From assembly GCA_964555235.1 (NCBI GenBank), contig CAZKRU010000001.1:7915-71914 (forward strand): a DNA stretch of 64,000 nt, read 5' to 3'. This stretch comes from an uncultured Verrucomicrobiota bacterium (lineage in GTDB: Bacteria > Verrucomicrobiota > Verrucomicrobiia > Methylacidiphilales > CAMAQI01). The translations under genes were made by a program, and so were the position numbers. Shown here one piece after another: positions 1-8,569 of the stretch (within the stretch, counting starts at the first letter, position 1; each line of letters starts with the position of its first letter). The notes under the pieces were generated by a model. It searched no databases and was not told where the DNA came from. It was given only the letters and a program-made list of their open reading frames with translations.

Positions 1-1006
1 CGTGAAGCTTTTCCCTCAGTTTTTCGGCAAAATAACGATCGATCTCCACTGAGACGGTTCCTCTCTCACCGGGATCGAGAGCGATCTTTCCCCCGTTTCT
101 GTTGGATCTACCGGTCGCATTGGGATTCTCCACCCGAGCCACTAATGCAACCGACTCATCGGTATTATTGGTGAGATCAAACTCAACATTGGTATACGCG
201 GCGAGATTCCATGCCTCGGTCGGGGCTTTGAAAGTAATATTGGGATACGGATTTTTACAACCGGTCTTGACCCGAGCCACTTTAGCGCCATTTACATCAA
301 TGATCTCAAACGTTGAATCATTCGTCGTAATGAGAGATTTCACGTCGGCATTGGAAAAGTCCAATAAGAGAGGCTTCGTCCAAGGATCCCTTTTCACCGA
401 TGGCGAAACGGCAGCCCCGACTGCCGCTGACTTGGGTGATCCGAACGCCTGCAGGCTCTTCACCACCAATGAAACGGGAGACTTCGGTTGATTTAAGAAA
501 ACGTGGATGGCTTTTACCTCCGCCGGATTCAAAACATAAGAAACTTTGGCCTTACCCTCTTTCCCTTTCCCCGCATCAACGAAATCGACCTCAATCACTC
601 GTGTTCCCCCGGGTTCGATTTCTCCAGTGCCAGTGATCCACTTTTTTTCGGTTGCCGTTCCGGCATTATCCACACGAACAGCGACCTTTACCGCCGCGCT
701 TCCCGTGTTTGTAATTTCCGCACGAACTCCGCCAAATGAGCTCAAATCCCACGATCCGGTTGCAGACTCTAATGCAATATCGGGATACTTGGAGCTGGCC
801 TGAAAATCGACCTTCAGACACTTTTTCCCTTCAACATCAACCAGGCTGACTTCCGACTCTTTGGTCTTAACCTTTTTAACATCCTCTTCCCCCTCTATCA
901 CCATCAGCGACTTCGTATTCACCTCCGATTTCGTTTCCTGAGCTGAGATCATTCCCGCGAAAACCGCGAGAAACGAGATAGAGAGAGTTATTGAGATTTT
1001 TTTCAT
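1..1006 (-). CDS. Secreted GH-A-like glycoside hydrolase paralog, array copy 1 (5' 335 codons; 3' part lies beyond window edge)
   Basis: The reverse-complement ATG at 1004-1006 opens MKKISITLSISFLAVFAGMISAQETKSEVNTKSLMVIEGEEDVKKVKTKESEVSL..., colinear with ORF 1111..3804. Nt 1-1006 are ~93% identical (by eye) to 2769-3804, with one in-frame 30-nt indel. The ORF has no stop in the window, so it is absent from the ORF track. Confidence 0.8.
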   Translation of the reverse strand, partial: MKKISITLSISFLAVFAGMISAQETKSEVNTKSLMVIEGEEDVKKVKTKESEVSLVDVEGKKCLKVDFQASSKYPDIALESATGSWDLSSFGGVRAEITNTGSAAVKVAVRVDNAGTATEKKWITGTGEIEPGGTRVIEVDFVDAGKGKEGKAKVSYVLNPAEVKAIHVFLNQPKSPVSLVVKSLQAFGSPKSAAVGAAVSPSVKRDPWTKPLLLDFSNADVKSLITTNDSTFEIIDVNGAKVARVKTGCKNPYPNITFKAPTEAWNLAAYTNVEFDLTNNTDESVALVARVENPNATGRSNRNGGKIALDPGERGTVSVEIDRYFAEKLREKLH

Positions 1007-1110
1007 AGGGAGGGCATTCAATTTAACACTGAGGCTCATTCAAAGTAATTGGTAGGCGGCCGCAGCGGCTCCCCACGCAAAATATTTCGAAAAGGATGAC
1101 ATCCTCTTTT

Positions 1111-3804
1111 TCATTTTTTGGACCGAATCGGATAAATTTCGTGTGCGACCTTACGGGAAGCTTCAATCATTTCCAAATAAGGGGTATCGGTAACACTTAA
1201 AAAACCAACCCCATGATTCTCTCCATCACTGGGGCGCCCCGTCATACTTTCATCCTTTAAGCAAAACCAATGCACTCCAACAATACTCGGATTAGAGGCG
1301 GCACCCATCACATAGCGGGAAAACTTAACCGCGCGATCCTCTGCGCTCTTTGCTTTACATAAACCAGGCCCGAATACCCCCCGATCCGTGGCTCCAAAAT
1401 GAAATTCTCCGATCATCACTGGTTTATTAATCTCCACCACTGGCTTCCACGCGGCAATCGTATCTCGATAGATGTTAAACGAGACCACGTCACAATATTC
1501 AGCAGCGATTTTAACCACTTGAGCGTTATGGTCAGCAAAACGGCATCCCAGATAGAGTTTTTTAGGCGCAACCTCTTTAATGGCTTTGCTCACGCCTTGA
1601 AAATACCGGTGTGCAATTTTCGCATTGAATGCCCTCAAGTCTTTGATTCCCGCCTCCGTTTTGGGAATCTCTTTGTATCCATGCATCTCTTCCCATTTCG
1701 AAAGTTTGACGCCCCAAGCCGCATTCAACTTTTCTATCGTCCCGTAATTCTCCTCCAAATGCTTGACTAATTCCACCTTGGAAAAATTTGCCTTCGTTCC
1801 AGCCAATGCCGCCTTGGCTTGAAAAGTGTCATCACGCCAGCTCAACTCATTATCCACAAAATACCCGATACACATCGGATCATTGAGAGTATCTCTGGTA
1901 AACCGGACGGTTGCCTTTTTCACCTCCTCATCGAATTCTGGATTAAATGGATCCGGAATCGGATTGCGGGTATTTGCCTGCCATGGCAGATTTTTGACCT
2001 GAAGAAAGACCCATCCGGTGTAAGGAATGCCACCTTTTGCCAAAACCTTGGGCTCTGACCAATTTCCAATGGTGTTAAAGCCCCAGTTCATGAGTCGTTT
2101 CGGCATCAGTCCTTCCCAGGTGCTTTCCCAATCCGGCCCGTACTTCCTCAAGAGATTGGCTTCGTAGAAGTTAAAGGTTTTGAGCTTCATTCCTTTATAA
2201 TCACCGTGCCTTGATTCCTTTCCCTCATCGAGAAACGCACCAAACTCTTTTGAATTTTTCCAGGGCTCATCCGCAAACCAACCCTCTCGTTGCTCAATCG
2301 GAGTGGCATTCTTCGTCACCACAACATCCATCCCGAGCGAGAAGAAGAGTCGACCCTCTGGATCAACCAAGTGCCATTTTCCTTCGTGCTTGGCAGTATA
2401 AAAACTTCCAGTCGCCGGGAGCTGCGGGCCATCGACCCACCCTCCAAAACGATTCCAGCTCGAAGGGCGCGGATTGGTATCAATATACTTTAACTCCGCT
2501 GCTTTCTCCCGTGCAAAATCACTCTCCGCCTTTACCTTTCCTGGCCAATCTTGATGCATGTATTGGCCGTAACGATCAACAAATGGAAAAAAGGGGTCTG
2601 GAATCACCTCGCTCTTCGGATCAAAGACCCCAGTCGCCTTGATGCTATGAATGGTGACATCATAGGATCTCGCCGGATTACTCAAAAAAATGCTGACTTG
2701 AACAATATTGCCCGGATCAATCATCGCCCCATGCGTACCTCGCCCACCCCAAGGCGTGTGATGCATCCCCTTAAGGCTTTCCCTCAGTTTTTCGGCAAAA
2801 TAACGATCGATCTCCACCGATATGCCCCCTCTTTCCCCGGGATCTAAAGCGATTTTCGCCCCATTGCTGTTAGATCTACCAGTCGCATTGGGGTTATCCA
2901 CCCGTGCCGCTAATGAAATCGACTCATCAGTATTATTGGTGAGATCAAACTCAACATTGGTATAGGCGGCGAGATTCCATGCTTCTGTCGGGGCTTTGAA
3001 AGTAATATTGGGATACGGATTTTTACACCCGGTCTTGACCCGAGCCACTTTAGTCCCATTTACATCAATGATCTCAAAGGTTGAATCGTTCGTCGTAATA
3101 AGAGATTTCACGTCGGCATCGGCAAAGTCCAATAAGAGGGGCTTCGTCCAAGGATCCCTTTTCACCGCTGGCGGGCGTTCCGTTTGTTCGACCGCCGCTT
3201 GCGAAACAGCAGACCCTGCCACCGCCACTTTGGGGGCTCCAAACGCCTGCAGGCTCTTCACCACCAATGAAACGGGCGACTTCGGTTGATTTAAGAAAAC
3301 ATGGACCGCCTTGACCTCTGCCGGATTCAAAACATGGGAGGCCTTCGCCTTCCCCTCTTTGGCCTTCCCTGGATTAACAAAATCGACCTCAATCACCTGC
3401 GTCGCTCCGGGCTCAATATCCCCACTGCCGGTAATCCACTTTTTTTCAGTTGGCGTTCCGGGGTTATCCACACGAACCGCGACCTTAACCGCAGTGCTTC
3501 CTGTATTTGTAATTTCCGCACGAACCCCGCCAAATGCGCTCAAATCCCATGACCCGGTTGCGGACTCTAGTGCAATGTCCGGATACTTCGGGCTCGCTTG
3601 AAAATCAACTTTTAGACATTTTTTTCCTCCAACATCAACCAAGCTGACTTCCGACTCTTTGGTCTTAACCTTTTTAACATCCTCTTCCCCCTCTATCACC
3701 ATCAGCGACTTCGGATTCACCTCCGGTTTCGTTTCCTGAGCGGAGATCATTCCAGTGAAAAACGTGACCACCAAGAATGAGAGAGCCGTTGAGATTTGTT
3801 TCAT
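1111..3804 (-). CDS. Secreted glycoside hydrolase-like protein, array copy 2 (2 CBM-like repeats + clan GH-A-like TIM barrel)
   Basis: 897-aa ORF with signal peptide MKQISTALSFLVVTFFTGMISAQE and two ~190-aa beta-sandwich/CBM-like repeats. The C-terminal ~500 aa carry YFVDNELSW (candidate acid/base NE) and MIGEFHFG (candidate nucleophile E), as in clan GH-A enzymes. The CAZy family (GH50/GH42-like?) cannot be assigned by eye. Confidence 0.9.
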   Translation of the reverse strand: MKQISTALSFLVVTFFTGMISAQETKPEVNPKSLMVIEGEEDVKKVKTKESEVSLVDVGGKKCLKVDFQASPKYPDIALESATGSWDLSAFGGVRAEITNTGSTAVKVAVRVDNPGTPTEKKWITGSGDIEPGATQVIEVDFVNPGKAKEGKAKASHVLNPAEVKAVHVFLNQPKSPVSLVVKSLQAFGAPKVAVAGSAVSQAAVEQTERPPAVKRDPWTKPLLLDFADADVKSLITTNDSTFEIIDVNGTKVARVKTGCKNPYPNITFKAPTEAWNLAAYTNVEFDLTNNTDESISLAARVDNPNATGRSNSNGAKIALDPGERGGISVEIDRYFAEKLRESLKGMHHTPWGGRGTHGAMIDPGNIVQVSIFLSNPARSYDVTIHSIKATGVFDPKSEVIPDPFFPFVDRYGQYMHQDWPGKVKAESDFAREKAAELKYIDTNPRPSSWNRFGGWVDGPQLPATGSFYTAKHEGKWHLVDPEGRLFFSLGMDVVVTKNATPIEQREGWFADEPWKNSKEFGAFLDEGKESRHGDYKGMKLKTFNFYEANLLRKYGPDWESTWEGLMPKRLMNWGFNTIGNWSEPKVLAKGGIPYTGWVFLQVKNLPWQANTRNPIPDPFNPEFDEEVKKATVRFTRDTLNDPMCIGYFVDNELSWRDDTFQAKAALAGTKANFSKVELVKHLEENYGTIEKLNAAWGVKLSKWEEMHGYKEIPKTEAGIKDLRAFNAKIAHRYFQGVSKAIKEVAPKKLYLGCRFADHNAQVVKIAAEYCDVVSFNIYRDTIAAWKPVVEINKPVMIGEFHFGATDRGVFGPGLCKAKSAEDRAVKFSRYVMGAASNPSIVGVHWFCLKDESMTGRPSDGENHGVGFLSVTDTPYLEMIEASRKVAHEIYPIRSKK

Positions 3805-3876
3805 AGGAGGGATTATTCGATTTAAATTACCTGACGATCGTTGGGTTAGACAGCAAACAAAGAGTCAATTCGAAGC

Positions 3877-3913
3877 ATGATCACACGATAAATCTTAGCG
3901 TGTGATCTGTCAA
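3877..3913 (-). promoter_or_regulatory. Conserved promoter/operator-like motif upstream of array copy 2
   Basis: Coding strand reads TTGACA-gatcacacgctaagatt-TATCGT-gtgatcat: a -35 box, a 17-nt spacer and a TAnnnT -10-like box. A 9-bp inverted repeat GATCACACG (3879-3887) / CGTGTGATC (3899-3907) brackets the core. The motif lies 73 nt upstream of the ATG, and the same architecture recurs at 7323, 13984, 16551 and 17775. Confidence 0.5.
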
Positions 3914-3999
3914 ATTAAATTTCATCAGTCATCGAAAGAACTCTCTTTTCCCCCAACCCTTCGAACGTCAGTCCTTGAAGTCGTCGAGGTCAGATCTGT

Positions 4000-4605
4000 C
4001 TAAAATGCCTGCAAGTTTTTGACGAGAATCGTTACCGGCTCTCCAGGCTGATTCACAAACAAATGGATCGCACTCACGGTCGTCAGATCGAGCTCGTATT
4101 GAGCTGTTTTTTTGCCCTTTTTTTTGCCTCCCTCAAAGAGGACCTCGATCATTTTGGTATCCCCGGACTCAATTTGAACCGAACCGTTGATCCATTTCTT
4201 CTCATCGGGTTTGCCCGGATTATCAACCCGGATGGCCAACTTTACAGAACCTTGTCCGCTATTCGTAACCTCTGCACGAATGCCACGGAACGCGGACAAA
4301 TCCCAACTCCCCGTCTGGGGAGGAAAGTGGACATCAGGATATTTCTCACTGACCTTGAATTCGATTTTTACCGCTTTCTGGCCATTGGATTCCGCCAGAC
4401 TTACAGAGGATTCCCTTAATTTTAATCTTGAGAGGTCCGCCTCGCTTTCAATGGTGAAAAGCGACTTCGGCTCGAGCTTCGATTCCTCCGCCAAAGCCCC
4501 TCCGAAGTGGCTCATGAGGTAAAGAAATGCAATTACAGTGGCTTGGATCATCTTATTTTGAACGTGTGACATAAATCTCCTGGGCTGCTTTTCGTGAGGC
4601 TTCAA
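4000..4605 (-). CDS. Truncated array paralog: signal peptide + first CBM-like repeat only (stand-alone module or deletion remnant)
   Basis: 201-aa ORF, roughly 55-60% identical by eye to the N-terminus of 8550..11252. Its start (MSHVQNKMIQ...) overlaps the stop of 4553..7249, exactly as at the 11233/11252 junction. It ends ...LVKNLQAF*, where full-length copies continue. Confidence 0.6.
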   Translation of the reverse strand: MKPHEKQPRRFMSHVQNKMIQATVIAFLYLMSHFGGALAEESKLEPKSLFTIESEADLSRLKLRESSVSLAESNGQKAVKIEFKVSEKYPDVHFPPQTGSWDLSAFRGIRAEVTNSGQGSVKLAIRVDNPGKPDEKKWINGSVQIESGDTKMIEVLFEGGKKKGKKTAQYELDLTTVSAIHLFVNQPGEPVTILVKNLQAF

Positions 4606-7249
4606 TCATTTCAAGATAAGGAGTGTCTGTAACACTTAAAAAACCAACCCCATAGTTCTCGCCTTTGAGCGCGTTTCCGATTGCCGGTTGATCCAGCAGA
4701 CAAAACCAATGCACTCCAACAATCGAGGGATTGGATGCCGCTCCCATCACATACCGGGAAAACTTAACGGAACGGTCCACGGCGTTTTTTGCCCGTACAA
4801 GCCCGGGCCCGAAAACACCCCGGTCAGTTGCGCCAAAGTGGAACTCGCCGATCAGGATCGGCTTTTCAATTTCAACAAGAGGCTTCCAGGCTGCAATGGT
4901 TTCCCGATAGATGTTAAAGGATACCACATCGCAATACTCTGAGGCTATTTTTTCCACTTGTGCATTGTAATCGGCGAACCGACATCCCAGATAAAGTTTT
5001 TTGGGGGCAACCTCTTTAACCGCTTTGCTAACAACTTCAAAATACCGCCGGGCGATTTTGGCGTTAAATGCCCGCAAGTCTTTAATCCCCGCTTCCGTTT
5101 GGGGAATCTCCTTGTAGCTGATCATCGCTTCCCAATTCGACAGCTTGGAGCCCCAAGCCTGGTTCAATTTTTCAATCGTGCCGTAGCTGCTCTCCAAATA
5201 CTTCACGAACTCTACCTTGGCCGGATTGTCTTTGTTGCCGGCTAATGCCGCCTTGGCTTGGAAAGTGTCATCGCGCCAGGAGAGCTCATTATCGACAAAA
5301 TAGCCGATGCACATGGGATCATTCACGGAGTCCTTCGCAAACCGCTCCACCGCCTTTTTCACCTCCGCATCGAATTCTGGATTAAATGGATCCGGAATCG
5401 GATTGCGGGTATTTGCCTGCCATGGCAGGTTTTTAACTTGGAGGAATACCCAATCAGTATAAGGAATCCCCCCTTTTTTCAATACTTTGGGCTCGGACCA
5501 GTTTCCGATGGTATTAAAGCCCCAATTCATCAGCCGCCTGGGCATCAGATCCTCCCATACATTTTCATAATCCGACCCGTATTTCCTCTGAAGATTGGCT
5601 CCGTAAAAACTGAAGGTTCTCAGACTCATCCCCTTATAATCGCCATGCTTAATCCCGTTCTCCTTGGTTTTGCCCACGAACTTGCCAAACTCTTTTTCGT
5701 TTTTCCATGGCTCTTCGGAAAACCAGCCCTCCCTCCGATCGATGGGAGTGTGATTTTTCATTTGGACAACTGCCATCCCAAGGGAGAAAAAGAGCCGTCC
5801 CTCCGGATCCACCAAGTGCCATTTCCCATTGTGCTTTGCGGTATAAAAATGACCGGTCGCATTGAGCTGTGGTCCATCCGCCCATCCCCCATACCGATTC
5901 CAATTCGAAGGTCGCGGATTGGTATCAATATATTTTAATTCCGCTGTTTTCTCACGAATAAGATCACCATCCTCCTTAACCTTGCCCGGCCAATCCTGAT
6001 GGATATATTGCCCATAGCGATCAATGAACGGAAAAAAAGGCTCTGGAATAAACTCGCTCTTGGGATCAAAGACCCCCGTCGCCTTGATGCTGTGGACGGT
6101 GATATCATAAGGTCTGGAAGGGGTATTCAAAAACAGGCTGACCTGAACAACATTGGCAGGATCAATCATGGATCCCCGTTCGCTTCTCGGCCCCCATGGG
6201 GAAAAATACATCCCCTGAAGTTTTTCCCTCATTTCTTCTGCAAAATAACGATCGATCTCCACGGATGCAATTCCGCTTTCTCCAGGATCAAGACTGATCT
6301 TTCCCCCGTTGCTGTTGGCTCGACCGGTCGCATTGGGATTATCCACACGTACCGCAAGGGTGATGGACTCATTAGAATTGTTTGTTAATCCAAACTCGAC
6401 ATGAGTATAGGCCGCAAGATTCCAGGCCCCCTCGGGAGGCTTAAAGCTGATATTTGGATAGGGACTTTTGCATCCCATTTTCACACGTATTGCCTTAGCC
6501 CCATTGACATCGACGGCGTCAAATGTTGAATCGTTCGTCGAGATGAGGGATTTTGCATTGGCATCGGCAAAGTCCAATAGGAGAGGCTTTGTCCAAGGCT
6601 CATTTTTCACCACGGGCACAATCCCCATTTGCTCGGTCACTTCTGCTGCTGCAGGTTTGACCGCCGCTTCCCTAGGCGCACCAAAGGCCTGAATGCTCTT
6701 GACCATCAAGGAAACATCATTCTTGGGCTGGCTAATAAAAATATGAACTGCCGTCACTTCTGCAGGATTCAAAATATAGGTCGCTTTTTCTTTCCCTTTC
6801 TTGGATTTTTCAACTCCCGAAAAGGAGAGCTCGATCATTCGTGTTGTCCCCGGTTCTATTTCACCACCACCGGATATAAATTTCTTATCGGTTGAAGAGG
6901 CTCCCGGATTATCCGCGCGAATGGCGATCTTAACAGCCGCTTGTCCCGGGTTTATGATTTCCGCACGAATGCCGCCATAACCACTTAGATCCCATGTCCC
7001 AGACGGGGCTGAGAATTCAACGTCCGGATACTTCGGACTAGCTTTGAAATCAACCTTTAAGACTTTCTGTCCACCAGACACCGATAAGCTGACCGCCGAC
7101 TCCCGGGTTTTAACCTTTTTAACATCCTCTTCTCCCTCTAGCGCCACCAACGATTTTGTATTTAGCTCCGGCGTCGTTTCCTGAGCGGAGATCATTCCAG
7201 TAAAAAACGTGACAACCAAGAGCGAAAGAGCCATTGAGATTTGTTTCAT
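4553..7249 (-). CDS. Secreted glycoside hydrolase-like protein, array copy 3
   Basis: 898-aa ORF with signal peptide MKQISMALSLLVVTFFTGMISAQE. The domain order matches copy 2, with YFVDNELSW and LIGEFHFG motifs. Confidence 0.9.
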   Translation of the reverse strand: MKQISMALSLLVVTFFTGMISAQETTPELNTKSLVALEGEEDVKKVKTRESAVSLSVSGGQKVLKVDFKASPKYPDVEFSAPSGTWDLSGYGGIRAEIINPGQAAVKIAIRADNPGASSTDKKFISGGGEIEPGTTRMIELSFSGVEKSKKGKEKATYILNPAEVTAVHIFISQPKNDVSLMVKSIQAFGAPREAAVKPAAAEVTEQMGIVPVVKNEPWTKPLLLDFADANAKSLISTNDSTFDAVDVNGAKAIRVKMGCKSPYPNISFKPPEGAWNLAAYTHVEFGLTNNSNESITLAVRVDNPNATGRANSNGGKISLDPGESGIASVEIDRYFAEEMREKLQGMYFSPWGPRSERGSMIDPANVVQVSLFLNTPSRPYDITVHSIKATGVFDPKSEFIPEPFFPFIDRYGQYIHQDWPGKVKEDGDLIREKTAELKYIDTNPRPSNWNRYGGWADGPQLNATGHFYTAKHNGKWHLVDPEGRLFFSLGMAVVQMKNHTPIDRREGWFSEEPWKNEKEFGKFVGKTKENGIKHGDYKGMSLRTFSFYGANLQRKYGSDYENVWEDLMPRRLMNWGFNTIGNWSEPKVLKKGGIPYTDWVFLQVKNLPWQANTRNPIPDPFNPEFDAEVKKAVERFAKDSVNDPMCIGYFVDNELSWRDDTFQAKAALAGNKDNPAKVEFVKYLESSYGTIEKLNQAWGSKLSNWEAMISYKEIPQTEAGIKDLRAFNAKIARRYFEVVSKAVKEVAPKKLYLGCRFADYNAQVEKIASEYCDVVSFNIYRETIAAWKPLVEIEKPILIGEFHFGATDRGVFGPGLVRAKNAVDRSVKFSRYVMGAASNPSIVGVHWFCLLDQPAIGNALKGENYGVGFLSVTDTPYLEMIEASRKAAQEIYVTRSK

Positions 7250-7322
7250 AGGGGGGGATTATTCGATTTAAATTACCAGACGATCGTTGAGTTAGATAGC
7301 AAACAAAGAGTCAATTCTAAGC

Positions 7323-7359
7323 ATGATCACACGATAAATCTTAGCGTGTGATCTGTCAA
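7323..7359 (-). promoter_or_regulatory. Conserved promoter/operator-like motif upstream of array copy 3
   Basis: Contains GATCACACG (7325-7333), CGTGTGATC (7345-7353) and the reverse complement of TTGACA (7354-7359). The surrounding ~135 bp (7250-7383) nearly duplicate 3805-3940. The motif lies 74 nt upstream of the ATG. Confidence 0.5.
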
Positions 7360-7493
7360 ATTAAATTTCATCAGTCATCGAAAGTCCCCACTGCTTTCCA
7401 GAAAAATCAACCCAGCCCAAACCCAAAAAGAAATAACGCCGACTTTTTCAGTAGAATCGAATCGTTAGATACGTCCCCATCGCCCGTAGCGCG

Positions 7494-8267
7494 CTAGCGC
7501 GTGTGCCGTAACAGCCAAGTGTAGAGTTCCGGGTTTGCGTAGGTCTCGGTCCACGAATTGTGATTTGCCTCGGGATAGACGGTGAGCTGCACGTCGGTCA
7601 CGGCGACTCTTTTCAGCTCCTTGACCATAAGTTCCGATTCTTCGAGCGGGACCTTCGTATCCTTGGCGCCGTGGAAGGCCCAAACGCCCAGACTCGTTAG
7701 GGCGGATTTGTGTCTATTGCGGACAATATCGAGACGCTGACCCCCACCGCAGATTGGGACGACAGCCCCGAAACGCTCGGGGTACTTCATGGCGACGCTC
7801 CATGTGCCGTAGCCGCCCATGCTGAGACCCGTGAGGTAGATTCGGTGCGGGTCGACTTTGTGCTTCGCGGCGATTTCGTCCGCGAGCACCAGCACGCCGT
7901 CGTCGTCCCACCAAGCGTCTGCGGGGCACTGCGGCGAAACGACGATGAAATTCTCCGCGAGCGCCTTGCCGGCGGCGGACAGCGGCGACTCTCGCAGGAG
8001 CTTCGGAGGCCCGTGCTTCGCGACGAGAGAAGGATCACTGCCACGTTCGCCAGCTCCGTGGAGAAATACGAGCAACGGCCACGTTTTGCTCCCGGTGGCC
8101 TCGTAGCCGGTCGGTAGCGAAAGCAGGTAGGTGTAGCCGACTTTCTTGGTGATCGTGCGCTCGAAGGAGGCGACCGGCTGCGACTCGGCGGCGGAGACCG
8201 CGAGCGCGCCGGCTAGGACAAGCAGAAATAATAGGGACGTATCCCGTTTAACTTTTGAGTTCTTCAT
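7494..8267 (-). CDS. Secreted alpha/beta-hydrolase (carboxylesterase/phospholipase-type, CE1-like)
   Basis: 257-aa ORF with a signal peptide and the motifs LVFLHGAGERG, GLSMGGYG (GxSxG), FHGAKDTKVP and ANHNSW. A GAGGGG Shine-Dalgarno-like element lies 4 nt upstream. Sampled 60-mers are 55-70% GC, against ~35-45% in neighbouring sequence. Confidence 0.85.
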   Translation of the reverse strand: MKNSKVKRDTSLLFLLVLAGALAVSAAESQPVASFERTITKKVGYTYLLSLPTGYEATGSKTWPLLVFLHGAGERGSDPSLVAKHGPPKLLRESPLSAAGKALAENFIVVSPQCPADAWWDDDGVLVLADEIAAKHKVDPHRIYLTGLSMGGYGTWSVAMKYPERFGAVVPICGGGQRLDIVRNRHKSALTSLGVWAFHGAKDTKVPLEESELMVKELKRVAVTDVQLTVYPEANHNSWTETYANPELYTWLLRHTR

Positions 8268-8509
8268 AAACCCCTCTTAACTTCGCTTCTTTCTTGATTC
8301 GTTTTCGAATGCGTTTCAGTGCTGCTGTCACCGCCCTTTCTCCGCTCATTCCACATCTTCGACTCATCTCTTCAAGCGTTTCTCCACTTCGGACACCGCT
8401 TTCTCCCACTCCCATCCTCTTTCCATCCCGCGCAAAGCCGTCTGCTCCTTCCGATTCCCTTTCGCTGCCTTTTTGACTCGCGCCGTAAATTCTTCTCCGC
8501 CGAGATAAC

Positions 8510-8569
8510 TCATGAGGAAAAAACGACCATTAAACTCGCTTGAACCATCTTATTTTGAGCGTATGACAT
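8510..8569 (-). pseudogene. 5' remnant of a further array paralog (about 20-25 codons)
   Basis: The reverse complement reads MSYAQNKMVQASLMVVFSS*, homologous to the MSNVQNKLIKASSMALLFLMGHLGG and MSHVQNKMIQATVIAFLYLMSHFGG starts. It overlaps the stop of 8550..11252 as in the other junctions. After a 1-nt frameshift the homology continues to ...LMSYLGG (~8496) and then ends. Confidence 0.55.

Noticed and set aside
3805-3815. GGAGGG/GGGAGG immediately next to the array start codons (1007, 3805, 7250, 13924) as Shine-Dalgarno elements.
   Set aside because: They are on the non-coding strand. On the coding strand the sequence before the ATG is AATCCCTCC, which resembles the anti-SD sequence rather than its complement. 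No plus-strand ATG follows them.
8270-8508. Short ORF MSYLGGEEFTARVKKAAKGNRKEQTALRGMERGWEWEKAVSEVEKRLKR and the following ...AALKRIRKRIKKEAKLRGV segment, which looked like the tail of an IS200/RayT-type transposase-associated protein.
   Set aside because: This rested on a resemblance recalled from memory. The first residues (LMSYLGG) are explained by the array-paralog signal-peptide remnant. The rest is too short and frameshifted to support any family call without a database search.
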